A model generated the notes under the pieces. It saw only the letters and a program-made list of their open reading frames with translations, had not been told where the DNA came from and ran no database searches. 33,796 nucleotides of DNA, taken from positions 1 to 33,796 of the forward strand of contig CAYXBZ010000004.1 in assembly GCA_964463605.1 (NCBI GenBank). The letters run 5' to 3'. The position numbers and the translations under genes are program-made. This DNA is from an uncultured Pseudomonadales bacterium. GTDB taxonomy: Bacteria; Patescibacteriota; Microgenomatia; UBA1400; PJMF01. This document shows positions 1 to 7,323 of the stretch, piece by piece (the stretch's first letter is position 1; each line of letters begins with the position of its first letter).

Positions 1-179
1 ATGAGAGAGCGTTTCCTTTTGCTAACACGACTAGTTGTCCTTGAATTTTATAATGATAATCGTCAATTAGTTGCGCAATTATATAACAAAGCTTCTATTA
101 ATTCGTCAATCTGTAGCCAGATTTGATTAAAGATTTTTAGCAAACAAAAAAATAAGTCCATGTTTGAGAAGAAACTCAG

Positions 180-650
180 TTATTCATCTTGCATCTGAAT
201 TTCTTCAAATCGCCACTCAACTAAGTCACCAACTTCAAGACTAATTTGATCGCTTGATTGTTGGGCATACTCTCCATTAATATACACAGCCCAGTAGTAC
301 TCATTGGTTGCCGACTGACCATTTATGCTGGTCACAAATACACCAAAATCATATTGATCGTACTCAACCTCATTATCCTCGACTAACAAATCTAAAGGAG
401 TTTGACCCTCCAATCCAGCTTCAAGAAAATAAGCTGAAACAATATCAGACTCATCTGCAAGATTTTCATCAGATTTAAACGGCTGTTCTATTGAAAAATT
501 ATTTTTGAGATTATTCAATTGAGAGACAAACTCTGGATTACTGCTGATAGAAAACAATAAATAAGCCAACGCTAATAATCCTCCAAAAATCAAAGCAGGG
601 AAAAACTTTTTCTTTTTACCCTCTGATTGAGACTCTGTTAATTCAGTCAT
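180..650 (-). CDS. Membrane-anchored DUF4430-like (transcobalamin-like C-terminal fold) protein
   Basis: 156-aa ORF with an N-terminal TM helix (FFPALIFGGLLALAYLLF). The C-terminal stretch YYWAVYINGEYAQQSSDQISLEVGDLVEWRF resembles the DUF4430 signature. Assigned from memory of the family; no search was run. Confidence 0.55.
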   Translation of the reverse strand: MTELTESQSEGKKKKFFPALIFGGLLALAYLLFSISSNPEFVSQLNNLKNNFSIEQPFKSDENLADESDIVSAYFLEAGLEGQTPLDLLVEDNEVEYDQYDFGVFVTSINGQSATNEYYWAVYINGEYAQQSSDQISLEVGDLVEWRFEEIQMQDE

Positions 651-700
651 AGCAAGATTTAATTAATTAATTATTAATATTAATTGTTGAGGTGGAGAGT

Positions 701-1057
701 TTAGACTCCTGTAAATTTTTTTGGGTTATTCGCTTTTGATCTACCAGTAGAGCGCGATGCTTCTCTAATTTCAAGTACACTTCCTTCTTTCTTTGGAACA
801 GATTTTCCCAGTAAAAGATCAATCAATTCAGCTAAACTCATATCTCCAAATTTAAACTTAGCAATTTCAGGAAAGTCTTGAGAGGTTTCTTTCCATTTTG
901 CAGAAAAAAGATCTCTCAGTTCTTTTCCCTCTTGAGTTTTAAAAAGAAAATAGCTCGTTGAGCCAACAAAAAATCCCATCAATAATCCCAATCCAAACTG
1001 GTTAGTATCTTTTTCTTTTTTTTGAGAGGAAGTTGTATTAGATTGATTTTTTGACAT
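701..1057 (-). CDS. YtxH-like small membrane/stress protein
   Basis: 118 aa. Has a Gly-rich TM segment (FGLGLLMGFFVGSTSYFLF) followed by a charged helical tail, as in the YtxH family. Its start overlaps the stop of the upstream ORF by 1 nt (TAATG), which suggests an operon. Confidence 0.5.
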   Translation of the reverse strand: MSKNQSNTTSSQKKEKDTNQFGLGLLMGFFVGSTSYFLFKTQEGKELRDLFSAKWKETSQDFPEIAKFKFGDMSLAELIDLLLGKSVPKKEGSVLEIREASRSTGRSKANNPKKFTGV

Positions 1058-1335
1058 TACCCCTCCTTCGAATCTTTCTTGCGATTGAGAAAACCAACAA
1101 ACCCCTCAAAAACCTTAATCCCCGTTTTAACTCCAGCGGCGATCCCCGCTAGATTTTGCAGAGGCTGACCGAGACTTGCAACTCTTAATTCTGCCTGATG
1201 AGCAACGCTGTTAAGCTTATCAACAGTTTGACGAAAAGTCTTAAGCACAAGAAAAAGCTGAATGCCTACCGCTGTTAACACTGCAGTCAAAATAATGATT
1301 GAGCCAATAAGCACATAAGGTAAAATTTCAGTCAT
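1057..1335 (-). CDS. Small membrane protein, DUF948-like
   Basis: 92 aa with an N-terminal TM helix and then a coiled/helical region. It is translationally coupled to the YtxH-like ORF; DUF948/YtxH pairing is common in Gram-positives. There is no SD; the shared upstream motif lies at 1358-1372. Confidence 0.45.
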   Translation of the reverse strand: MTEILPYVLIGSIIILTAVLTAVGIQLFLVLKTFRQTVDKLNSVAHQAELRVASLGQPLQNLAGIAAGVKTGIKVFEGFVGFLNRKKDSKEG

Positions 1336-1357
1336 ATGATTTTTAATGATTAATAAA

Positions 1358-1372
1358 TTCGCAAATTAGTAA
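1358..1372 (-). promoter_or_regulatory. Shared 15-nt upstream motif TTACTAATTTGCGAA (minus-strand reading), copy A
   Basis: Identical 15-mer to 16517-16531. It lies 22 nt upstream of the ATG at 1335, in the same orientation relative to the gene. Confidence 0.35.
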
Positions 1373-1526
1373 CGCTTGACACAGCAATCTATTTTCAAGA
1401 GAACTTTGTTTTACTTTCCCAAGAACAAGCTCAACATGGCTTCAAACCGAATTCTCCTCTGACATGAACTCACTATATCACGACGAGATTGGTGAAATCG
1501 AGTCATAGTGACAGCAAGTTTTGATG

Positions 1527-2171
1527 CTAAAACCTTACATAAACAGTTCTTTGCTGAATGTTGGTTTTGCCTCTTTGGTCTGTAGACTCAATTGTGATAG
1601 TACTAATACCCTCCCGAGGAAGATAGACCTCCGTTCTGAATGAACCATCTGGCTGAATTGCCACTGGTTGAGCATTAACCGTCACTACCGATTCATTGTT
1701 AGTAATCCCGGTAACCACAATTTGAGAGGAGACAAACTCATTTTCTTCAGGAGAGTAAACTTCAAGTTGTGGAGGTCGATTGAGACTGTACCACTGCCAT
1801 CCGATATAACCCAGCAATGAGAAAAAAATAGTGGCTACAATTAACACAGCTACAGTCACCGGTCCCCACTTATTTTGTCGAGCTGATACCGAACTTGAAA
1901 ATTCTTTGGGAAGCAGTTCTCCTTGAGGATTTTCTTGATAATCTCGCCTCAAGATAGCTAGTAAAGACTTGTGATCTAGTCCAAAGGAGCGAGCATAGGC
2001 TTTTATAAACCCTTTGACATAAGTGCAGGGAGGTAGCTGGTCAAACTGATTGTTTTCAAGAGCCTGAAGATACTCAAGTTTAATGTGAGTTGACTCTGAT
2101 AATTGCTGTAGAGTAATACGCTGCTTTTGTCTTTCTTGAGCTAAAATTTGACCGATGGTCTTGGTTTGCAT
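1527..2171 (-). CDS. RodZ-like HTH (XRE-type) membrane protein with C-terminal Ig-like extracellular domain
   Basis: The N-terminus (IGQILAQERQKQRITLQQLSESTHIKLEYLQALENNQFDQLP...YVKGFIKAYARSFGLD) matches the RodZ/HTH_25 pattern. A single TM follows (VTVAVLIVATIFFSLLGYIGW). The C-terminus is beta-rich (VVTGITNNESVVTVNAQPV..DGSF). Confidence 0.7.
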   Translation of the reverse strand: MQTKTIGQILAQERQKQRITLQQLSESTHIKLEYLQALENNQFDQLPPCTYVKGFIKAYARSFGLDHKSLLAILRRDYQENPQGELLPKEFSSSVSARQNKWGPVTVAVLIVATIFFSLLGYIGWQWYSLNRPPQLEVYSPEENEFVSSQIVVTGITNNESVVTVNAQPVAIQPDGSFRTEVYLPREGISTITIESTDQRGKTNIQQRTVYVRF

Positions 2172-2229
2172 AGCAAGTGATTAATAACAGCTTTTAATTA
2201 GAGAACAGTTATAAAGATTCGAAATTTAA

Positions 2230-2661
2230 TCAGGAAAAGATTTGATTCACCAACTTGGCAATTCTCGATCCTTCTGCCTGGTTACCCACCTTTTGCTTAA
2301 CTTTGCCGATGATAGGCCCAACTTGATCTAAACCTGTTTCTTCTTTAATTTGATTAATTATTTCTGCTAGCTCCTCGTCAGAAAGTTGCTGGGGAAGATA
2401 CTCTTGTAGGATCTCAATCTTTTGCTCTGCTTCCTCAACCAGATCATGTCTGTCGCCTTTCTTGTAATCTTGAATAGCGTCCTGCCACTGTTTAATGGTT
2501 TGCTGAGCCAGTTTTTGCACCTGCTCGTCATCAAGTGGACCAAGGTCAATTTCTTGGTTTTTAATTTTAGCTCTAAGCATGCGGATAGTGCCGAGCTTTA
2601 CCTCATCCTTGTCGCGCATAGCTTGCTTCATGTTTTCGAGTAGTTGATCTTGAAGTGACAT
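2230..2661 (-). CDS. yqeY: GatB/YqeY domain-containing protein
   Basis: 143 aa. The N-terminus LLENMKQAMRDKDEVKLGTIRMLRAKIKN and the overall length are typical of the YqeY family. Confidence 0.85.
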   Translation of the reverse strand: MSLQDQLLENMKQAMRDKDEVKLGTIRMLRAKIKNQEIDLGPLDDEQVQKLAQQTIKQWQDAIQDYKKGDRHDLVEEAEQKIEILQEYLPQQLSDEELAEIINQIKEETGLDQVGPIIGKVKQKVGNQAEGSRIAKLVNQIFS

Positions 2662-2880
2662 AATTCCTTTAAGTAATTTATTGGTTTGGATGTAATTGGT
2701 TGATGCAGCTAATTATTTTGAGCTTGAGTTGATGCGATTGATCTCGAAGCAAGCAAGTGCCTAAACTGCTAATTATTACGACATGCTATGAGCTTGCATT
2801 TGCGAGGCAGCCTCAGTGCATGAAGAGAAAACTTGCACCGTCAAGCTTCGCAATCATGAGCATAAACCTCAAGCGAACTG

Positions 2881-2954
2881 TGGACCCGAGCTGACTCGAA
2901 CAGCTGACCTCACGAATGTGAATCGTGCGCTCTAACCAACTGAGCTACGGATCC
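2881..2954 (-). tRNA. tRNA-Val (anticodon CAC)
   Basis: The reverse complement folds as a cloverleaf by hand. Acceptor GGATCCG/CGGGTCC; D arm GCTC-AGTTGGTTA-GAGC. Anticodon arm CACGA-TTCACAT-TCGTG; variable loop AGGTC. T arm AGCTG-TTCGAGT-CAGCT; discriminator A. 74 nt, with CCA not encoded. Confidence 0.95.
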
Positions 2955-2991
2955 TACTTTAAGCTTCTACGACTCAAAATAACTGTAGACG

Positions 2992-2997
2992 ATTATA
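2992..2997 (-). promoter_or_regulatory. Candidate -10 box (TATAAT) for tRNA-Val
   Basis: The minus strand reads GGATGTTGTATAATCG, a perfect TATAAT about 37 nt upstream of the mature tRNA 5' end. It shares the 10-mer ATGTTGTATA with the box at 22526-22531. The -35 is weak. Confidence 0.4.
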
Positions 2998-3055
2998 CAA
3001 CATCCTCATTAACTTCAGGAATTTTTCAGCAAAGATCGCTAAATTTAGGCTTGCA

Positions 3056-3712
3056 ATGATTAGAGATCATCTAACAACCTTTTTCGATAAAATTCTAGAT
3101 ATTATCTTGCCACCATACTGCGTTTGTTGTAAAAAAACTGGAAAGCTTTTGTGTGATCAATGCTACAGAGTAATTCATTTTAATCTTCAGCCAAACAGCA
3201 ACCGATTAATGAGCTGTGACTTTTTAGATCAAGTATGTGTTTTGGCTCTTTATCAACCACCAATCTCTAAATTAATTCAAGAACTCAAATATAAAAGAGT
3301 AAAGAAAACCGCCGAGCTACTAGCAAAGCTTCTTTATTATCATCTTAATATTCCTAAAACAGATTTCATCACTTGGGCTCCAATTTCACGAGGCAGAGTC
3401 AATGAGCGTGGTTTTAATCAAGCAGAGTTAATTGCAAAAAATATATCAAAATTAATAGAAGTACCTGCAATCAATTTACTCATTAAAAACAAAGAAACAA
3501 AGAAACAAGCCAAAAGTAGTTTAAAAGAGCGGATCACTAACTTAGAGGGAAGTTTTATCTTTAATCATTTTTATGGTGGATTAATCGATGATGCCTCAGT
3601 ATTAATTGTGGATGATGTGATTAGCACCGGCTCAACATTAAATGAATGTGCCAAGATCTTAAAAACTGCCAAAGCTAACAAAGTTGTCGGGTTGGCAGTT
3701 GCTCAAAGTTGA
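3056..3712 (+). CDS. comFC: ComF-family phosphoribosyltransferase-domain protein (ComFC-like)
   Basis: Has an N-terminal 4-Cys zinc motif (CVCCKKTGKLLCDQC). Also carries RGFNQAELIAK and the PRTase motif LIVDDVISTGSTLNE. Confidence 0.85.
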   Translation: MIRDHLTTFFDKILDIILPPYCVCCKKTGKLLCDQCYRVIHFNLQPNSNRLMSCDFLDQVCVLALYQPPISKLIQELKYKRVKKTAELLAKLLYYHLNIPKTDFITWAPISRGRVNERGFNQAELIAKNISKLIEVPAINLLIKNKETKKQAKSSLKERITNLEGSFIFNHFYGGLIDDASVLIVDDVISTGSTLNECAKILKTAKANKVVGLAVAQS

Positions 3713-3767
3713 TGGCATTGACCTAAACATAAGAAGTGAAAGAGTATACAAACTCGAGATAATATCT

Positions 3768-3773
3768 TATAAT
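3768..3773 (+). promoter_or_regulatory. Candidate -10 box (TATAAT) for ssrA
   Basis: TATAAT lies 42 nt upstream of the tmRNA 5' GGGG. TATACA sits 17 nt further upstream as a weak -35. A 7-bp hairpin (GATTGAT..ATCAATC, 3781-3802) lies in the putative precursor leader. Confidence 0.35.
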
Positions 3774-3815
3774 ATGGTTAGATTGATGTTAAAAAATCAA
3801 TCAAGAGTACGCTAA

Positions 3816-4222
3816 GGGGATGTATTTGCTTAGACGTATCAGCTCATTAACAACTGCAGACCATCTTTGATCAAAAGATGTAAAACAGGATCAAAACATA
3901 ACTGCAAATAAAATTCGCAGTCTCGTTGCATCAGTTGGACAAGCCGTTACTGACTTGTTTCAACCAATTGCAGCTCCAGCTTACGCCTAATCGCGTAGGT
4001 CGGCATCCACTCGTTTCTTCTCACTGATGAGAGCAAGTGGGTGACAACTCAGTCAGTGTGACCGTTAGTTTTTTCATGCGCTAACTAGCATAAGACACAG
4101 CATGGCAGCAGAGAAAAAAGTTTGTTTATTTACTTTTTTCTGCTTGAGCAAAAATAAACTACGTCTGTAGATGTTGTTCTTAAGTTAGATAACGGACAGG
4201 GGGTCACACCCCCTCATCTCCA
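3816..4222 (+). ncRNA. ssrA: tmRNA (SsrA), one-piece
   Basis: The 5' GGGGATG pairs with the 3' CATCTCC, including a G3:U wobble (the alanine identity element). UUAGACG occupies the position of the usual UUCGACG. The 3' end reads GGAC-AGGGG-GUCACAC-CCCCU-CAUCUCC-A. The internal tag frame runs 3904-3990, from resume codon GCA to TAA. It encodes ANKIRSLVASVGQAVTDLFQPIAAPAYA. Confidence 0.85.
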
Positions 4223-4242
4223 CAAAAAAATTTCAAGCTTGA

Positions 4243-5028
4243 GTGTGTTACAATTTTTCTGTGACAAAATCTCATTCCCGAATTAATGCTCTCATTTTAG
4301 CTGCCGGCTTCGGCACCAGGCTCAAAGAGGTTGGTCAAACAACCCCAAAGGGTTTATTTTTTAATTCTCAAGAGTTAAGCATTCTAGATTTAATGCTGCA
4401 ATCTCTAACAAAACAACCAGAGGTTGAACAAGTGGCTTTAGTTTCAAATAATCGTTTTTTTTCTCAATACCAGTCTCATCTCAATCAGAACTACTCAAAT
4501 CAAAAAATTACAATCTTGAACGATGGTGTTAATGAATCTGAAAACAGACGAGGCTCACTTGGAGACTTAGTTTTTGCTCTTGATAAGTTAGAGTGGTGGG
4601 ACAAAAATATTCTAGTTTTGCCCAGCGACAGAACTCCCGAAAATATTGTAGAAAAGATCATCTCTTTTTTTAGCCAGCATCCTGAATCATTTGTAACTTG
4701 CGTCAGCAAAGAACCAAAAGAAAACATCAAAAACAAATCTGGTTGTGCTGTGCTTAATGATCGGCAAGAGATCATCGAGTTCGAAGAAAAACCAGCAGAA
4801 CCCAAGTCAAACTTTAGAGGCTTGCCTTTTTACATTTTTCCCCAATCATCGCTCAAACTGCTAAAATCTTACCAAAAGAACAACCAAAACATGGACTCCC
4901 CAGGTAATATCGTTCCCTGGCTATTACAAAAGAAGTTTCCCGTTAAGGCTTGCATCACCCAACATTCTTCATTTGATATTGGTGATCTTGAAGAACTTCA
5001 GCAATTTCAGAAAGAGTATCAATTTTAG
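4243..5028 (+). CDS. Sugar-1-phosphate nucleotidyltransferase (NTP_transferase family)
   Basis: Has the N-terminal LILAAGFGTRL (GxGTR) motif and FEEKPAEPKSN (the EKP motif of RmlA/GalU-like enzymes). The true start is probably the GTG at 4261 rather than 4243. Confidence 0.8.
   Translation: MCYNFSVTKSHSRINALILAAGFGTRLKEVGQTTPKGLFFNSQELSILDLMLQSLTKQPEVEQVALVSNNRFFSQYQSHLNQNYSNQKITILNDGVNESENRRGSLGDLVFALDKLEWWDKNILVLPSDRTPENIVEKIISFFSQHPESFVTCVSKEPKENIKNKSGCAVLNDRQEIIEFEEKPAEPKSNFRGLPFYIFPQSSLKLLKSYQKNNQNMDSPGNIVPWLLQKKFPVKACITQHSSFDIGDLEELQQFQKEYQF
4246..4254 (+). promoter_or_regulatory. Extended -10 promoter box TGTTACAAT
   Basis: Matches the TGnTAnAAT consensus. It sits 6 nt upstream of an in-frame GTG at 4261 with no SD in between. 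The ORF-track start (4243) lies upstream of the box. Confidence 0.45.
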
Positions 5029-5047
5029 TAATCGAGGGAGTTGGTAG

Positions 5048-7237
5048 TTAGCCAACTTGTTCAGATTGTTTCTGAGCTAAATAAACTTGAATTTGAGCGG
5101 TATTAACTTCTCTTGGCTTACTTCCTTCATGAGGGCCGATTAAATTAGCCTCAAAAAGTTGATCTAAAATACGAGCAGCTCGGTTATAACCTATGCTTAA
5201 TCTTCGCTGCAAGAGTGATGCTGAAGCCTTTCCCCCCTTCTGAAAAACTCTCACCGCCTCGTCAAACAACTCATCGATTTCCTCAGTTCCACCCACAGTT
5301 CCCAACTCATTAACCTTGAACTTGGTGGTAATATCTTTTTCATAATCTGGCTGATGTCCGTGCGACTTAAGATAATCTATTAAAGCCTTTGTTTCTTTTG
5401 GTGAAACATAAGTGCCCTGGACTCTTACCGGCTTTGCTCGATCTGGTGACAGAAACAACATATCTCCCTTGCCTAGTAGTTTTTCTGCCCCAGGTGAATC
5501 AAGGATCACTCTTGAGTCGGTTAATGAAGAAACATTAAAAGCAATCCTTGCAGGAATGTTGGCTTTAATTAATCCGGTGATTACATCAACGGAGGGACGC
5601 TGTGTAGATAAAACTAGATGAATTCCGACAGCTCTTGCCATCTGAGCAATGCGCGTAATTGAAGACTCTACATCTCCAGGCGCAAACAGCATGATGTCAG
5701 CCATTTCATCGATGAAAATCACCAAGTGAGGCATTGCTGCCAAGCCAGCCAATTCGTTGTAGCTTGAGATATCCTTAACTCCAACCTCTTCCAATAACTT
5801 ATAGCGCTTACCCATTAGTTGTTCAACCCACTTCAAAGCAGACACAACCTTTTTTGGTTCAACAATAACTTTTGTCAAAAGATGCGGTATATCATTATAC
5901 TGAGTTAACTCAACACGCTTCGGATCAACTAAGATTAAGTTTAACTCAGATGGACTTGCCCTAAAAAGCAACGAGCTTAAAAAGGTGTTAATACAGACAG
6001 ATTTTCCAGAACCGGTTGCGCCAGCAATCAGCAAGTGCGGCATCTGGGAGATATCAACAATAACCGAGTTACCTGCTACATCAATTCCCAAACCAACTGC
6101 TAACTTAGATGAGTGCTTTTTTAAAACCGATGAACCCAAAATTTCCCTTAAAGTTACATAAGACGGAGAACGATTGGGTACCTCAATTCCAACCAGAGAT
6201 CTACCAGCTATTGGCGCTTCGATTCTGATTTGACCAGTGGGTGCAGCCAGAGACATTGCCAAGTCAGTTGACAAGCTGGTAATTCTTGAGAGTTTTGTTC
6301 CTCGCGATACCTCTAGAGCATACTGAGTTACCGAAGGACCATAGTTCACCTCTTTTACCTCGGCTTGAATGCCAAATGACTGAAGGGTTCCTTCAATAAT
6401 ATCGGCATTTTGATTAACATCACCTCGATCAGCTTCACCGCCTTTCTCATCTGAAAGAAGGGAGAGTGGTGGATAATCCCAAACCAAAGGCATATTGCTT
6501 GGAGTTAACAAACTACCTGCGCCTAGATCTTCAGTTGATTCAGCTGGTTTTGAAGTTGGATTTGCCCCGGCAATCTGAGCATTGGTGGCAACAGCTGTTC
6601 CAGTTTGATCATCTCCAATTCCTTGTTTAATCAAATCAGGTTGTCCAACTTTAATCTGCTTTTCTTTTTTCGACAAATTTATTTTGGGAATTATTCCTTT
6701 GCGAGACTCTTTGGCCCGATCTATTTTTTTGTTTAATGCAGTTTCTTGATACTTTTTAATCAAGCCATTGATTGATTTAATTAACTCAACCAATGAAGAC
6801 TGCATCGCCACCAAGATTCCTACCACTATTAACCCAAAAGCCAAAATTAATACGCCAGCTGAGCTAATTAGCCTTGAAAGATTGTCGGCCGTCCTGATCC
6901 CAATTTCTCCTGTGCGAAAACCAATTAAAAAAGAAAACATCATGATCAGCAAGCCCAATAAAACATTTGGCTTGGCAAATTCCCAATCTGTTTGCAACAT
7001 AACCAAGCCACTTGATACAAAAATCAACGGCAAAAAAAATATGGCTAATCCTAGCTTGTTTGATAAAAAAGTATTGGTTTGCTGTAATATTAATCCTTGA
7101 CCAGAGAAGGATATCAGCACCATCAAACCAGCTAACATCAAAAATACCGCCACTATAGAATGCAGCGTTTGTGTCTCTATCTTGAGTTTTACTGGCTTAA
7201 CTTTGGATTTTCTTTTTCTTTTCTTTCGCTTTGGCAT
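5048..7237 (-). CDS. ftsK: DNA translocase FtsK/SpoIIIE
   Basis: 729 aa. It begins with a basic N-terminus followed by about 4-5 TM helices and a linker. Motor-domain motifs are Walker A GATGSGKS and Walker B IFIDEMAD. The C-terminal winged-helix gamma domain reads LLQRRLSIGYNRAARILDQL. Confidence 0.95.
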   Translation of the reverse strand: MPKRKKRKRKSKVKPVKLKIETQTLHSIVAVFLMLAGLMVLISFSGQGLILQQTNTFLSNKLGLAIFFLPLIFVSSGLVMLQTDWEFAKPNVLLGLLIMMFSFLIGFRTGEIGIRTADNLSRLISSAGVLILAFGLIVVGILVAMQSSLVELIKSINGLIKKYQETALNKKIDRAKESRKGIIPKINLSKKEKQIKVGQPDLIKQGIGDDQTGTAVATNAQIAGANPTSKPAESTEDLGAGSLLTPSNMPLVWDYPPLSLLSDEKGGEADRGDVNQNADIIEGTLQSFGIQAEVKEVNYGPSVTQYALEVSRGTKLSRITSLSTDLAMSLAAPTGQIRIEAPIAGRSLVGIEVPNRSPSYVTLREILGSSVLKKHSSKLAVGLGIDVAGNSVIVDISQMPHLLIAGATGSGKSVCINTFLSSLLFRASPSELNLILVDPKRVELTQYNDIPHLLTKVIVEPKKVVSALKWVEQLMGKRYKLLEEVGVKDISSYNELAGLAAMPHLVIFIDEMADIMLFAPGDVESSITRIAQMARAVGIHLVLSTQRPSVDVITGLIKANIPARIAFNVSSLTDSRVILDSPGAEKLLGKGDMLFLSPDRAKPVRVQGTYVSPKETKALIDYLKSHGHQPDYEKDITTKFKVNELGTVGGTEEIDELFDEAVRVFQKGGKASASLLQRRLSIGYNRAARILDQLFEANLIGPHEGSKPREVNTAQIQVYLAQKQSEQVG

Positions 7238-7249
7238 AACAACTATTTC

Positions 7250-7258
7250 AGTATAGCA
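7250..7258 (-). promoter_or_regulatory. Extended -10 promoter box TGCTATACT upstream of ftsK
   Basis: The minus strand reads CTGCTATACTGAAATAGTTGTT-ATG. This is a TGn-extended -10 box 12 nt upstream of the start, with no SD. Confidence 0.4.
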
Positions 7259-7323
7259 GATAATACCAGGTCTGATCTAGATTTCTGGATCAGTCATCAA
7301 AACTGTAAGCTCCAAGTTAGATG

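Noticed and set aside
1-126. Open frame 1-126 (+) ending in TGA (..LVAQLYNKASINSSICSQI*), possibly the 3' end of a gene cut by the window edge.
   Set aside because: Only 41 codons are visible and there is no recognisable motif. It cannot be distinguished from a chance open frame, so it is not reported as a feature.
2367-2643. ORF-track entries 2367-2549(-) and 2422-2643(+) inside the yqeY gene. The same applies to similar nested or antisense ORFs elsewhere in the track. They start at 4500, 5412, 6768, 7861, 9539, 11326, 11876, 13502, 16296, 17359 and 18127. Others start at 19285, 21387, 22592, 22639, 23274, 24399, 26638, 26721 and 28582. The remainder start at 29061, 30288, 31410, 31683, 31762, 31991, 32253, 33041, 33238 and 33463.
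   Set aside because: Each lies wholly or mostly within a longer ORF that has clear family signatures. Their translations are low-complexity or Leu/Ser/Phe-rich, typical of shadow frames in AT-rich DNA. None has a recognisable motif or SD.
2783-2863. Possibility that the extended hairpin is the 4.5S/SRP RNA. The 3' arm GAGGCUGCC resembles the GAAGCAGCC of SRP helix 8.
   Set aside because: The apical loop is 13 nt rather than a GNRA tetraloop closed by a short helix. The conserved 5'-side AGG/GGUCC-type motif is not evident. It is kept only as a generic structured-RNA candidate.
3056-3712. Possibility of an alternative genetic code with UGA recoded, as in some candidate phyla.
   Set aside because: comFC ends at a TGA exactly where the family normally ends. 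All recognisable proteins are full-length and uninterrupted under the standard code, and no in-frame TGA is needed to complete any domain.
2881-4222. tRNA-Val and tmRNA as potential integration hot-spots marking a genomic island.
   Set aside because: There is no integrase or recombinase and no direct repeat of the tRNA or tmRNA 3' ends nearby. Flanking genes (comFC, nucleotidyltransferase, ftsK) are ordinary and of similar composition.
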